Source: Auanema rhodensis
Taxonomy: Eukaryota > Animalia > Nematoda
Direction of reading: 5' to 3'
Length of the DNA stretch: 64,000 bases
NCBI GenBank assembly: GCA_964057225.1
Contig: OZ059900.1
Location: 9,548,001-9,612,000, forward strand
A program made the position numbers and the translations under genes. Shown piece by piece: positions 28,901-40,652 of the stretch. The stretch's first letter is position 1; each line of letters opens with the position of its first letter. Under the pieces are notes generated by a model, which was not told where the DNA came from, did no database searches, and saw only the letters and a program-made list of their open reading frames with translations.

Positions 28901-31900
28901 TAGGATCTTTAGTTGACTTCGGCGTTGACGGAGCCTTGGTTGATGGAGCCTTTGTCGACTTCATGGTAGTACTCATGTTAGGATCTTTAGTTGACTTCGG
29001 CGTTGACGGAGCCTTGGTTGATGCAGCCTTTGTAGACTTCATGGTAGTACTCATGTTAGGATCTTTAGTTGACTTCGGCGTTGACGGAGCCTTGGTTGAT
29101 GCAGCCTTTGTCGACTTCATGGTAGTACTCATGTTAGGATCTTTAGTTGACTTCGGCGTTGACGGAGCCTTGGTTGATGGAGCCTTTGTCGACTTCATGG
29201 TAGTACTCATGTTAGGATCTTTAGTTGACTTCGGCGTTGACGGAGCCTTGGTTGATGGAGCCTTTGTCGACTTCATGGTAGTACTCATGTTAGGATCTTT
29301 AGTTGACTTCGGCGTTGACGGAGCCTTGGTTGATGCAGCCTTTGTAGACTTCATGGTAGTACTCATGTTAGGATCTTTAGTAGACTTCGGCGTTGACGGA
29401 GCCTTGGTTGATGCAGCCTTTGTAGACTTCATTGTAGTACTCATGTTAGGATCTTTAGTTGACTTCGGCGTTGACGGAGCCTTGGTTGATGCAGCCTTTG
29501 TAGACTTCATTGTAGTACTCATGTTAGGATCTTTAGTTGACTTCGGCGTTGACGGAGCCTTGGTTGATGGAGCCTTTGTAGACTTCATGGTAGTACTCAT
29601 GTTAGGATCTTTAGTTGACTTCGGCGTTGACGGAGCCTTGGTTGATGCAGCCTTTGTCGACTTCATGGTAGTACTCATGTTAGGATCTTTAGTTGACTTC
29701 GGCGTTGACGGAGCCTTGGTTGATGGAGCCTTTGTAGACTTCATGGTAGTACTCATGTTAGGATCTTTAGTTGACTTCGGCGTTGACGGAGCCTTGGTTG
29801 ATGCAGCCTTTGTCGACTTCATGGTAGTACTCATGTTAGGATCTTTAGTTGACTTCGGCGTTGACGGAGCCTTGGTTGATGCAGCCTTTGTCGACTTCAT
29901 TGTAGTACTCATGTTAGGATCTTTAGTTGACTTCGGCGTTGACGGAGCCTTGGTTGATGCAGACTTTGTCGACTTCATGGTAGTACTCATGGTAGGATCT
30001 TTAGTTGACTTCGGCGTTGACGGAGCCTTGGTTGATGCAGCCTTTGTCGACTTCATGGTAGTACTCATGTTAGGATCTTTAGTTGACTTCGGCGTTGACG
30101 GAGCCTTGGTTGATGCAGCCTTTGTAGACTTCATTGTAGTACTCATGTTAGGATCTTTAGTTGACTTCGGCGTTGACGGAGCCTTGGTTGATGCAGCCTT
30201 TGTAGACTTCATTGTAGTACTCATGTTAGGATCTTTAGTTGACTTCGGCGTTGACGGAGCCTTGGTTGATGCAGCCTTTGTCGACTTCATGGTAGTACTC
30301 ATGGTAGGATCTTTAGTTGACTTCGGCGTTGACGGAGCCTTGGTTGATGGAGCCTTTGTCGACTTCATGGTAGTACTCATGGTAGGATCTTTAGTTGACT
30401 TCGGCGTTGACGGAGCCTTGGTTGATGCAGCCTTTGTCGACTTCATTGTAGTACTCATGTTAGGATCTTTAGTTGACTTCGGCGTTGACGGAGCCTTGGT
30501 TGATGCAGCCTTTGTAGACTTCATTGTAGTACTCATGTTAGGATCTTTAGTTGACTTCGGCGTTGACGGAGCCTTGGTTGATGCAGCCTTTGTAGACTTC
30601 ATTGTAGTACTCATGTTAGGATCTTTAGTTGACTTCGGCGTTGACGGAGCCTTGGTTGATGCAGCCTTTGTAGACTTCATTGTAGTACTCATGTTAGGAC
30701 CTTTAGTTGACTTCGGCGTTGACGGAGCCTTGGTTGATGCAGCCTTTGTCGACTTCATGGTAGTACTCATGGTAGGATCTTTAGTTGACTTCGGCGTTGA
30801 CGGAGCCTTGGTTGATGGAGCCTTTGTCGACTTCATGGTAGTACTCATGGTAGGATCTTTAGTTGACTTCGGCGTTGACGGAGCCTTGGTTGATGCAGCC
30901 TTTGTAGACTTCATTGTAGTACTCATGTTAGGATCTTTAGTTGACTTCGGCGTTGACGGAGCCTTGGTTGATGCAGCCTTTGTCGACTTCATGGTAGTAC
31001 TCATGGTAGGATCTTTAGTTGACTTCGGCGTTGACGGAGCCTTGGTTGATGGAGCCTTTGTCGACTTCATGGTAGTACTCATGGTAGGATCTTTAGTTGA
31101 CTTCGGCGTTGACGGAGCCTTGGTTGATGCAGCCTTTGTAGACTTCATTGTAGTACTCATGTTAGGATCTTTAGTTGACTTCGGCGTTGACGGAGCCTTG
31201 GTTGATGCAGCCTTTGTCGACTTCATGGTAGTACTCATGGTAGGATCTTTAGTTGACTTCGGCGTTGACGGAGCCTTGGTTGATGGAGCCTTTGTCGACT
31301 TCATGGTAGTACTCATGGTAGGATCTTTAGTTGACTTCGGCGTTGACGGAGCCTTGGTTGATGCAGCCTTTGTAGACTTCATTGTAGTACTCATGTTAGG
31401 ATCTTTAGTTGACTTTGGCGTTGACGGAGCCTTGGTTGATGGAGCCTTTGTCGACTTCATGGTAGTACTCATGTTAGGATCTTTAGTTGACTTTGGCGTT
31501 GACGGAGCCTTGGTTGATGGAGCCTTTGTAGACTTCATGGTAGTACTCATGTTAGGATCTTTAGTAGACTTCGGCGTTGACGGAGCCTTGGTTGATGGAG
31601 CCTTTGTCGACTTCATGGTAGTACTCATGGTAGGATCTTTAGTTGACTTCGGCGTTGACGGAGCCTTGGTTGATGGAGCCTTTGTCGACTTCATGGTAGT
31701 ACTCATGTTAGGATCTTTAGTTGACTTCGGCGTTGACGGAGCCTTGGTTGATGCAGCCTTTGTAGACTTCATTGTAGTACTCATGTTAGGATCTTTAGTT
31801 GACTTTGGCGTTGACGGAGCCTTGGTTGATGGAGCCTTTGTCGACTTCATGGTAGTACTCATGTTAGGATCTTTAGTTGACTTTGGCGTTGACGGAGCCT

Positions 31901-34900
31901 TGGTTGATGGAGCCTTTGTAGACTTCATGGTAGTACTCATGTTAGGATCTTTAGTAGACTTCGGCGTTGACGGAGCCTTGGTTGATGGAGCCTTTGTCGA
32001 CTTCATGGTAGTACTCATGGTAGGATCTTTAGTTGACTTCGGCGTTGACGGAGCCTTGGTTGATGGAGCCTTTGTCGACTTCATGGTAGTACTCATGTTA
32101 GGATCTTTAGTTGACTTCGGCGTTGACGGAGCCTTGGTTGATGCAGCCTTTGTAGACTTCATTGTAGTACTCATGTTAGGATCTTTAGTTGACTTCGGCG
32201 TTGACGGAGCCTTGGTTGATGCAGCCTTTGTAGACTTCATGGTAGTACTCATGTTAGGATCTTTAGTTGACTTCGGCGTTGACGGAGCCTTGGTTGATGC
32301 AGCCTTTGTAGACTTCATTGTAGTACTCATGTTAGGATCTTTAGTTGACTTTGGCGTTGACGGAGCCTTGGTTGATGGAGCCTTTGTCGACTTCATGGTA
32401 GTACTCATGTTAGGATCTTTAGTTGACTTTGGCGTTGACGGAGCCTTGGTTGATGGAGCCTTTGTAGACTTCATGGTAGTACTCATGTTAGGATCTTTAG
32501 TAGACTTCGGCGTTGACGGAGCCTTGGTTGATGGAGCCTTTGTCGACTTCATGGTAGTACTCATGGTAGGATCTTTAGTTGACTTCGGCGTTGACAGAGC
32601 CTTGGTTGATGGAGCCTTTGTCGACTTCATGGTAGTACTCATGTTAGGATCTTTAGTTGACTTCGGCGTTGACGGAGCCTTGGTTGATGCAGCCTTTGTA
32701 GACTTCATTGTAGTACTCATGTTAGGATCTTTAGTTGACTTCGGCGTTGACGGAGCCTTGGTTGATGCAGCCTTTGTCGACTTCATGGTAGTACTCATGT
32801 TAGGATCTTTAGTTGACTTCGGCGTTGACGGAGCCCTGGTTGATGGAGCCTTTGTCGACTTCATGGTAGTACTCATGTTAGGATCTTTAGTTGACTTCGG
32901 CGTTGAAGGAGCCTTGGTTGATGCAGCCTTTGTAGACTTCATTGTAGTACTCATGTTAGGATCTTTAGTTGACTTCGGCGTTGACGGAGCCTTGGTTGAT
33001 GGAGCCTTTGTCGACTTCATGGTAGTACTCATGTTAGGATCTTTAGTTGACTTCGGCGTTGAAGGAGCCTTGGTTGATGCAGCCTTTGTAGACTTCATTG
33101 TAGTACTCATGTTAGGATCTTTAGTTGACTTCGGCGTTGACGGAGCCTTGGTTGATGCAGCCTTTGTAGACTTCATGGTAGTACTCATGTTAGGATCTTT
33201 AGTTGACTTCGGCGTTGACGGAGCCTTGGTTGATGCAGCCTTTGTAGACTTCATGGTAGTACTCATGTTAGGATCTTTAGTTGACTTCGGCGTTGACGGA
33301 GCCTTGGTTGATGCAGCCTTTGTCGACTTCATGGTAGTACTCATGTTAGGATCTTTAGTTGACTTCGGCGTTGACGGAGCCTTGGTTGATGCAGCCTTTG
33401 TAGACTTCATTGTAGTACTCATGTTAGGATCTTTAGTTGACTTCGGCGTTGACGGAGCCTTGGTTGATGGAGCCTTTGTCGACTTCATGGTAGTACTCAT
33501 GGTAGGATCTTTAGTTGACTTCGGCGTTGACGGAGCCTTGGTTGATGGAGCCTTTGTAGACTTCATGGTAGTACTCATGTTAGGATCTTTAGTAGACTTC
33601 GGCGTTGACGGAGCCTTGGTTGATGGAGCCTTTGTAGACTTCATGGTAGTACTCATGTTAGGATCTTTAGTTGACTTCGGCGTTGACGGAGCCTTGGTTG
33701 ATGCAGCCTTTGTAGACTTCATGGTAGTACTCATGTTAGGATCTTTAGTTGACTTCGGCGTTGACGGAGCCTTGGTTGATGCAGCCTTTGTAGACTTCAT
33801 TGTAGTACTCATGTTAGGATCTTTAGTTGACTTCGGCGTTGAAGGAGCCTTGGTTGATGGAGCCTTTGTCGACTTCATGGTAGTACTCATGTTAGGATCT
33901 TTAGTTGACTTCGGCGTTGACGGAGCCTTGGTTGATGCAGCCTTTGTCGACTTCATGGTAGTACTCATGGTAGGATCTTTAGTTGACTTCGGCGTTGACG
34001 GAGCCCTGGTTGATGGAGCCTTTGTAGACTTCATGGTAGTACTCATGTTAGGATCTTTAGTAGACTTCGGCGTTGACGGAGCCTTGGTTGATGCAGCCTT
34101 TGTAGACTTCATGGTAGTACTCATGTTAGGATCTTTAGTAGACTTCGGCGTTGACGGAGCCTTGGTTGATGGAGCCTTTGTAGACTTCATTGTAGTACTC
34201 ATGTTAGGATCTTTAGTTGACTTCGGCGTTGAAGGAGCCTTGGTTGATGGAGCCTTTGTCGACTTCATGGTAGTACTCATGTTAGGATCTTTAGTTGACT
34301 TCGGCGTTGACGGAGCCTTGGTTGATGCAGCCTTTGTAGACTTCATGGTAGTACTCATGTTAGGATCTTTAGTTGACTTCGGCGTTGACGGAGCCTTGGT
34401 TGATGCAGCCTTTGTAGACTTCATGGTAGTACTCATGTTAGGATCTTTAGTAGACTTCGGCGTTGACGGAGCCTTGGTTGATGGAGCCTTTGTAGACTTC
34501 ATGGTAGTACTCATGTTAGGATCTTTAGTTGACTTCTTCGTCGGTGGAACAGGAGTACTTTTGGAATGATCCTTAGTATACTTCTTCGTCGGGGGATTCT
34601 TCGTCCATGGAGTCTTTGTGGGCTTCTCGGTAGTACTTTTGGAATGATCCTTAGTATACTTCTTTGTCGGGGGATTCTTCGTCAATGGAGTCTTTGTGGG
34701 CTTCTCGGTAGTACTTTTGGAAAGATCCTTAGTATACTTCTTTGTCGGGGGATTCTTCGTCCATGGAGTCTTTGTGGGCTTCTCGGTAGTACTTTTGGAA
34801 AGATCCTTAGTATACTTCTTCGTCGGTGGAACTTTCGTCCATGGAGTCTTTGTGGGCTTCTCGGTAGTACTTTTGGAATGATCCTTAGTATACTTCTTTG

Positions 34901-37900
34901 TCGGGGGATTCTTCGTCCATGGAGTCTTTGTGGGCTTCTCGGTAGTACTTTTGGAATGATCCTTAGTATACTTCTTTGTCGGGGGATTCTTCGTCCATGG
35001 AGTCTTTGTGGGCTTCTCGGTAGTACTTTTGGAAAGATCCTTAGTATACTTCTTCGTCGGTGGAACTTTCGTCCATGGAGTCTTTGTGGGCTTCTCGGTA
35101 GTACTTTTGGAATGATCCTTAGTATACTTCTTTGTCGGGGGATTCTTCGTCCATGGAGTCTTTGTGGGCTTCTCGGTAGTACTTTTGGAATGATCCTTAG
35201 TATACTTCTTTGTCGGGGGATTCTTCGTCCATGGAGTCTTTGTGGGCTTCTCGGTAGTACTTTTGGAATGATCCTTAGTATACTTCTTCGTCGGGGGATT
35301 CTTCGTCCATGGAGTCTTTGTGGGCTTCTCGGTAGTACTTTTGGAATGATCCTTAGTATACTTCTTCGTCGGTGGAACTTTCGTCCATGGAGTCTTTGTG
35401 GGCTTCTCGGTAGTACTTTTGGAATGATCCTTAGTATACTTCTTTGTCGGGGGATTCTTCGTCCATGGAGTCTTTGTGGGCTTCTCGGTAGTACTTTTGG
35501 AATGATCCTTAGTATACTTCTTTGTCGGGGGATTCTTCGTCCATGGAGTCTTTGTGGGCTTCTCGGTAGTACTTTTGGAATGATCCTTAGTATACTTCTT
35601 TGTCGGGGGATTCTTCGTCCATGGAGTCTTTGTGGGCTTCTCGGTAGTACTTTTGGAATGATCCTTAGTATACTTCTTTGTCGGGGGATTCTTCGTCCAT
35701 GGAGTCTTTGTGGGCTTCTCGGTAGTACTTTTGGAATGATCCTTAGTATACTTCTTTGTCGGGGGATTCTTCGTCCATGGAGTCTTTGTGGGCTTCTCGG
35801 TAGTACTTTTGGAATGATCCTTAGTATACTTCTTCGTCGGTGGAACTTTCGTCCATGGAGTCTTTGTGGGCTTCTCGGTAGTACTTTTGGAATGATCCTT
35901 AGTATACTTCTTTGTCGGGGGATTCTTCGTCCATGGAGTCTTTGTGGGCTTCTCGGTAGTACTTTTGGAATGATCCTTAGTATACTTCTTCGTCGGTGGA
36001 ACTTTCGTCCATGGAGTCTTTGTGGGCTTCTCGGTAGTACTTTTGGAATGATCCTTAGTATACTTCTTTGTCGGGGGATTCTTCGTCCATGGAGTCTTTG
36101 TGGGCTTCTCGGTAGTACTTTTGGAATGATCCTTAGTATACTTTTTTGTCGGGGGATTCTTCGTCCATGGAGTCTTTGTGGGCTTCTCGGTAGTACTTTT
36201 GGAATGATCCTTAGTATACTTCTTCGTCGGTGGAACTTTCGTCCATGGAGTCTTTGTGGGCTTCTCGGTAGTACTTTTGGAATGATCCTTAGTATACTTC
36301 TTTGTCGGGGGATTCTTCGTCCATGGAGTCTTTGTGGGCTTCTCGGTAGTACTTTTGGAATGATCCTTAGTATACTTCTTTGTCGGGGGATTCTTCGTCC
36401 ATGGAGTCTTTGTGGGCTTCTCGGTAGTACTTTTGGAATGATCCTTAGTATACTTCTTTGTCGGGGGATTCTTCGTCCATGGAGTCTTTGTGGGCTTCTC
36501 GGTAGTACTTTTGGAATGATCCTTAGTATACTTCTTCGTCGGTGGAACTTTCGTCCATGGAGTCTTTGTGGGCTTCTCGGTAGTACTTTTGGAATGATCC
36601 TTAGTATACTTCTTTGTCGGGGGATTCTTCGTCCATGGAGTCTTTGTGGGCTTCTCGGTAGTACTTTTGGAATGATCCTTAGTATACTTCTTTGTCGGGG
36701 GATTTTTCGTCCATGGAGTCTTTGTGGGCTTCTCGGTAGTACTTTTGGAAAGATCCTTAGTATACTTCTTTGTCGGGGGATTCTTCGTCCATGGAGTCTT
36801 TGTGGGCTTCTCGGTAGTACTTTTGGAATGATCCTTAGTATACTTCTTTGTCGGGGGATTCTTCGTCCATGGAGTCTTTGTGGGCTTCTGGGTAGTACTT
36901 TTGGAATGATCCTTAGTATACTTCTTTGTCGGGGGATTCTTCGTCCATGGAGTCTTTGTGGGCTTCTCGGTAGTACTTTTGGAATGATCCTTAGTATACT
37001 TCTTTGTCGGTGGAACTTTCGTCCATGGAGTCTTTGTGGGCTTCTCAGGAGTACTTTTGGAATGATCCTTAGTATAGTTCTTCGTTGGTGGAGGCTTCGT
37101 CCATGGAGTCTTTGTGGGCTTTTCAGGAGTACTTTTGGAATGATCCTTAGTATACTTCTTTGTCGGGGGAATCTTCGTCCATGGAGTCTTTGTGGGCTTC
37201 TCGGTAGTACTTTTGGAATGATCCTTAGTATACTTCTTTGTCGGTGGAACTTTCGTCCATGGAGTCTTTGTGGGCTTCTCAGGAGTACTTTTGGAATGAT
37301 CCTTAGTATACTTCTTTGTCGGTGGAACTTTCGTCCATGGAGTCTTTGTGGGCTTCTCAGGAGTACTTTTGGAATGATGCTTAGTATACTTCTTTGTCGG
37401 TGGAACTTTCGTCCATGGAGTCTTTGTGGGCTTCTCGGTAGTACTTTTGGAATGATCCTTAGTATACTTCTGCGTTGGTGGAACCTTCGTCCATGGAGTC
37501 TTTGTGGGCTTCTCGGGAGTATTTTCGGAATGATCCTTAGGAGGTCTTCCTGTTGATTTGGTTGTTTTTCTGAATGCAGTTCTTGTTGTACTGCTTTGAG
37601 TATTTCCTGCTGTTCTACTCACAAACTTTATTCCGTTTTGTTTGTTTTGATTAGTCTGCGATAGTATGTTGTGGAATAGTTGAGCTTTATCTGTATTTTC
37701 TGAATTAGTATGAATATCTCTTTTAGTATGTTTCGAAGAGATTTCTGTAATGATATATTTGTCTGAGTTTCTTTAGAAAGTGTTTCAATTTAACTGACCT
37801 CGTTTAGAATTTTTCTTAATATCAAGCAGGTTTTTATTAGCGAATAATAGGGTGTCATAGTTCGAATTATATCGAGAAGTAATATGGGTGGTAGTGGCCA

Positions 37901-37967
37901 AACTTTTCGTGTCGTTAACATGTTCTGTACAGCAAGCAGAGATTAATAGAATTAAAATATATAGCAT
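1976..37967 (-). CDS. Giant secreted Thr/Ser/Lys/Pro-rich mucin-like protein (predicted 11,959 aa) with C-terminal Cys/Trp half-domain
   Basis: Exon 1 37967-37799 (signal peptide MLYILILLISACC); 54-nt intron 37798-37745 (GTCAGT...TTACAG) removes two in-frame stops; exon 2 37744-2128 is open throughout; 58-nt intron 2127-2070 (GTAAGT...TTATAG); exon 3 2069-1976 encodes KNNKKEWFGKNVVQHSDFIDSRVICVSEYY*. Exon total 35,880 nt is divisible by 3. TATATAAAAG at 38022-38013 and AATAAA at 1933-1928 bracket the model. Confidence 0.85.
2220..37540 (-). repeat. Coding tandem array, 78-bp (26-aa) unit, about 450 copies in three sequence blocks
   Basis: Period 78 seen directly (e.g. CGGCGTTGAC at 4818 and 4896). 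N-terminal block ~34540-37540 TKKYTKDHSKSTTEKPTKTPWTKNPP (~38 units); middle block ~4760-34540 TPKSTKDPNMSTTMKSTKAPSTKAPS (~380 units); C-terminal block ~2220-4760 mostly TKKYTKDPNMSTTKKSTKTPSTKTSP (~32 units). Copy numbers are length/78 estimates. Confidence 0.97.
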
Positions 37968-38012
37968 TTCACATTTGCCACTTTCGACATCTTTTTCAAA
38001 ATAGTTGTTTTT

Positions 38013-38046
38013 CTTTTATATATGGTGTGCATGGGAGAAACGTGTC
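38013..38046 (-). promoter_or_regulatory. Putative core promoter (TATA box) of the giant mucin gene
   Basis: Minus strand reads GACACGTTTCTCCCATGCACACCATATATAAAAG, ending about 45 nt upstream of the ATG at 37967. Confidence 0.55.
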
Positions 38047-38453
38047 TGTGATTTTTTTCGTAATTTCATTATGAATCAGTTATCAATACAGATATTGTTT
38101 GTTGTCTTCTTTTGATATGTTCAACTTTTCACTCTTGTTTTCTTATATATGGAAAATTGCTGGAATAATTCTATTTCAATACCTTGTCTTTAATGACGGA
38201 ATGCGGAACTCATTGAATCATCTTATATTGTATAAGAATGGAACAGCTTGTTACTGAATTGTGTAAGATGAGTGTTAACATGTGTTTGTATGTCAAGTTG
38301 CTCTAGCTGTTTTCTCAAATATGAGTAGTGGAAGTTCGACTTCTTAATAGTTTAAGCATATATAGTTGTTGTTGTTTTTTCAAATCAATATATTCAATCT
38401 GAAAATTAAATTAGTAAAGGCACTTATCAGTTCAATAATTTATTCAAAATTCT

Positions 38454-39414
38454 TCAGTTATATTTAACAATGCACTCCATGTGGCTATCAAGAGTGATAT
38501 ATCTGCCACGATGATTTCTTCCTTGCCAATCTTTTTCAGGGAAAGTGCTATAAAATATAATTGTTGATATGAATATTGTGATTTGTGGGACTACCTGTGA
38601 TAATCACAACGAGCTCTATAGGTTAATTCTAAGTCTGAAGTATATCTTTCAGTAGTTGTCGTTATATCGATAGCTTGAATCATTTGAAGGTTATCGATTG
38701 CTACTTCTGGTTGGACAGTAGTTGTATCGGACTCTGCTGCACTGGCTGCTTGAATAGTGTCAGGGAACGTTACCTTGCCAGCAGCAACACTAGCCGTTTG
38801 CATTTGCCCAGTTTGCTTGAATGTTTCGGATACCTCAGCTCCGCTTCCTTCTTCCAAATCATCAGCTACTTCTGTTGGCACTTCAGTTGATGTGGTAGTT
38901 TCAACAAATTCTTCTACAGCCAACATATTTTGTGTTTCCTCATTTTCTGCAGCTTGACGACGATGTCTTGAGTGACTGTGTCTATTGACAATTTTCAAGA
39001 CGTTGCCATTGGAGTCAACCAATTTCAGAGATTCACAGTTGTGGCCGCATGAACATTTAATTGTCATTAAATCTCTTGAGCTTCTGCTTCTGTGAATGAA
39101 AACGTTTTATGCAGTTAATACTATGAGCTGATACCGGTAGTTAGAAAATTGCACACAGTTCTTCTCGTGTTCAGAATCAGGACATGTATCTACAAGCTTT
39201 GGACACTTCTCATCTGAAAGTAACAAAACTCAAATTTTCAATAACGTTAAAGCATCATACTTCTATAGTCGGAATAGTAATGGTAGGGGTACGAATGTGG
39301 GACATAGGAAGGAGAAATATGATTCAAAGAGTATGATGTTGGGGAATTGGATGGTGCATAACCATAGCCGCTAACAATTGTTGCTACAGCAAGAAAATTG
39401 ACAATTTTCAGCAT
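38454..39414 (-). CDS. Secreted 8-Cys-domain protein with an acidic Thr/Glu-rich insertion (candidate chondroitin proteoglycan)
   Basis: Exons 39414-39261, 39213-39135, 39089-38595, 38547-38454 with 45-47 nt GT-AG introns give one open frame: MLKIVNFLAVATIVSG-YGY...KCPKLVDTCPDSEHEKNC...IKCSCGHNCESLKLVDSNGNVL...RHRR...DDLEEGSGAE...LELTYRARCDYHSTFPEKDWQGRNHRGRYITLDSHMECIVKYN*. TATATAA-like box about 40 nt upstream. Confidence 0.85.
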
Positions 39415-39992
39415 TATAATATAAGATAAACAATGGAAAGAAGCAAATCTTATATATACTATCATTTTATTTACGTTCATGACGACATTGGCATTTACGA
39501 CGAATTTCGACTTTAAAATGAATCAGAATAATAACAAAACATAATTTAGGCAATTGCCATTTGACATTCACATATGTGAAGAATTGGTTATGTAGTTTAA
39601 ATGATAATTTGACAATAAATAAACTATAAAGTATTATCATAATAAGAAGAAAAGTACAAATTATCGCATAAGACTGATAACTTTCATCAGTTTTATCTCC
39701 ATGCTTTTTTTTATTTCATTTTTCGATTAAAATATCGAAATGTTTTGAAAATGTTAAGAAAACATTTTCGTCAACGATCGAAAATGTTTAATTTTCGTTA
39801 TGATATTCATTCAACGTTGCATTAAAAATATTAATATATTAGTGCGTCATCTATCGGTGAAACAGACGTCAGAAAAAGCCTATACAAGTTTGAAAATGAT
39901 ATTGTGACACATGGAGCTTTTATTAATATTTCCCTATGGGTACACCGTATATAAAGAAAGCAAAGTCTGTTTTGGACAACACATTCTTAACA

Positions 39993-40652
39993 ATGTTCAA
40001 GGTTCTCATTCTTGGTGCCATCACTGGCCTCGCTATCGCCGGATACGGAGTTCCAGCCGCTGACACCGCTTCTGCTCCAGGATACGGAGTTGCTGCAAAT
40101 CCACCAGCAACCGGATATGTTCCAGCTAACCCAGTTCCAGTTTACTACCAACCACAAATTCTTCCAGTTCTTCCAGCTCGCCACGATCTTGTAATAATAT
40201 TTTTAAGTAGTATCATGTTTACGTATCATTTCCAGCTCTTCCCACGTCGCCACCATCACCATCACTCTAGCTCTAGCTCTGAAGAACACAGACATAGATC
40301 TTGCCGCAAACCAACCATCACTTGCAAAAATAGTAATTGCAAAAATTTGGAAGCCAACCGGTACAATGTTTCTTCAAATCAGCAACACAATTTTGAAAAT
40401 TTTACAGCAACGGAAATGATGAAGTTACCTTCAAATGCGAATGCCAATATTCAAGCTGTAATGGACTAATTCTTGTTAGTGGAGACAACCAATACCTCGG
40501 TTCCACCACTTATAATTCTATCACCTACACAGCTACCTGTGGAAGACACGGGTAATCATAATCATTCCAAGTTTCATAAAATAAATTGAAATTTCAGAAA
40601 ATGGCGCAAGGACGGAAAATCTTTCAAGAATGTCCAGTGCATCGTTTTGTAA
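39993..40652 (+). CDS. Small secreted Pro/Ala/Tyr-rich, His-tract, 8-Cys-domain protein (paralog A)
   Basis: Exons 39993-40190, 40236-40360, 40408-40551, 40598-40652. Signal peptide MFKVLILGAITGLAIA; GYGVPAA-type repeats; RRHHHHHSSSSSEE; domain CRKPTITCKNSNC...FKCECQYSSCNGLILV...ITYTATCGRHGKWRKDGKSFKNVQCIVL*. TATATAAA at 39948-39955; AATAAA about 40 nt after stop. Confidence 0.88.

Noticed and set aside
2167-34569. 10,800-aa hydrophobic plus-strand ORF (MLGSLVDFGVDGALVDGAFVDFMVVL)n
   Set aside because: Shadow frame sharing wobble positions with the mucin. A stop there needs a sense Tyr codon after T/C or a His/Gln codon after T; the midblock has none, and the ORF ends exactly at the first GAT-CAT (Asp-His) of the His-containing block. 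It starts at TTG and has no unique ends, while the minus strand has signal peptide, introns, TATA and poly(A) signal.
2220-37540. CRISPR array or non-coding satellite interpretation of the repeat
   Set aside because: No unique spacers, eukaryotic context, unit length a multiple of 3, frame never broken and variation concentrated at silent sites.
34566-37556. 996-aa plus-strand ORF (MILSILLCRGILRPWSLCGLLGSTFG)n
   Set aside because: Another antisense by-product of a 78-bp unit that lacks stops in that frame; confined to the repeat block.
39936-40469. ORF-track proteins 39936..40469, 44497..45006, 47261..47590 and 49788..50297 as real products
   Set aside because: They read through introns and end in the wrong frame; spliced models restore a conserved 8-Cys domain.
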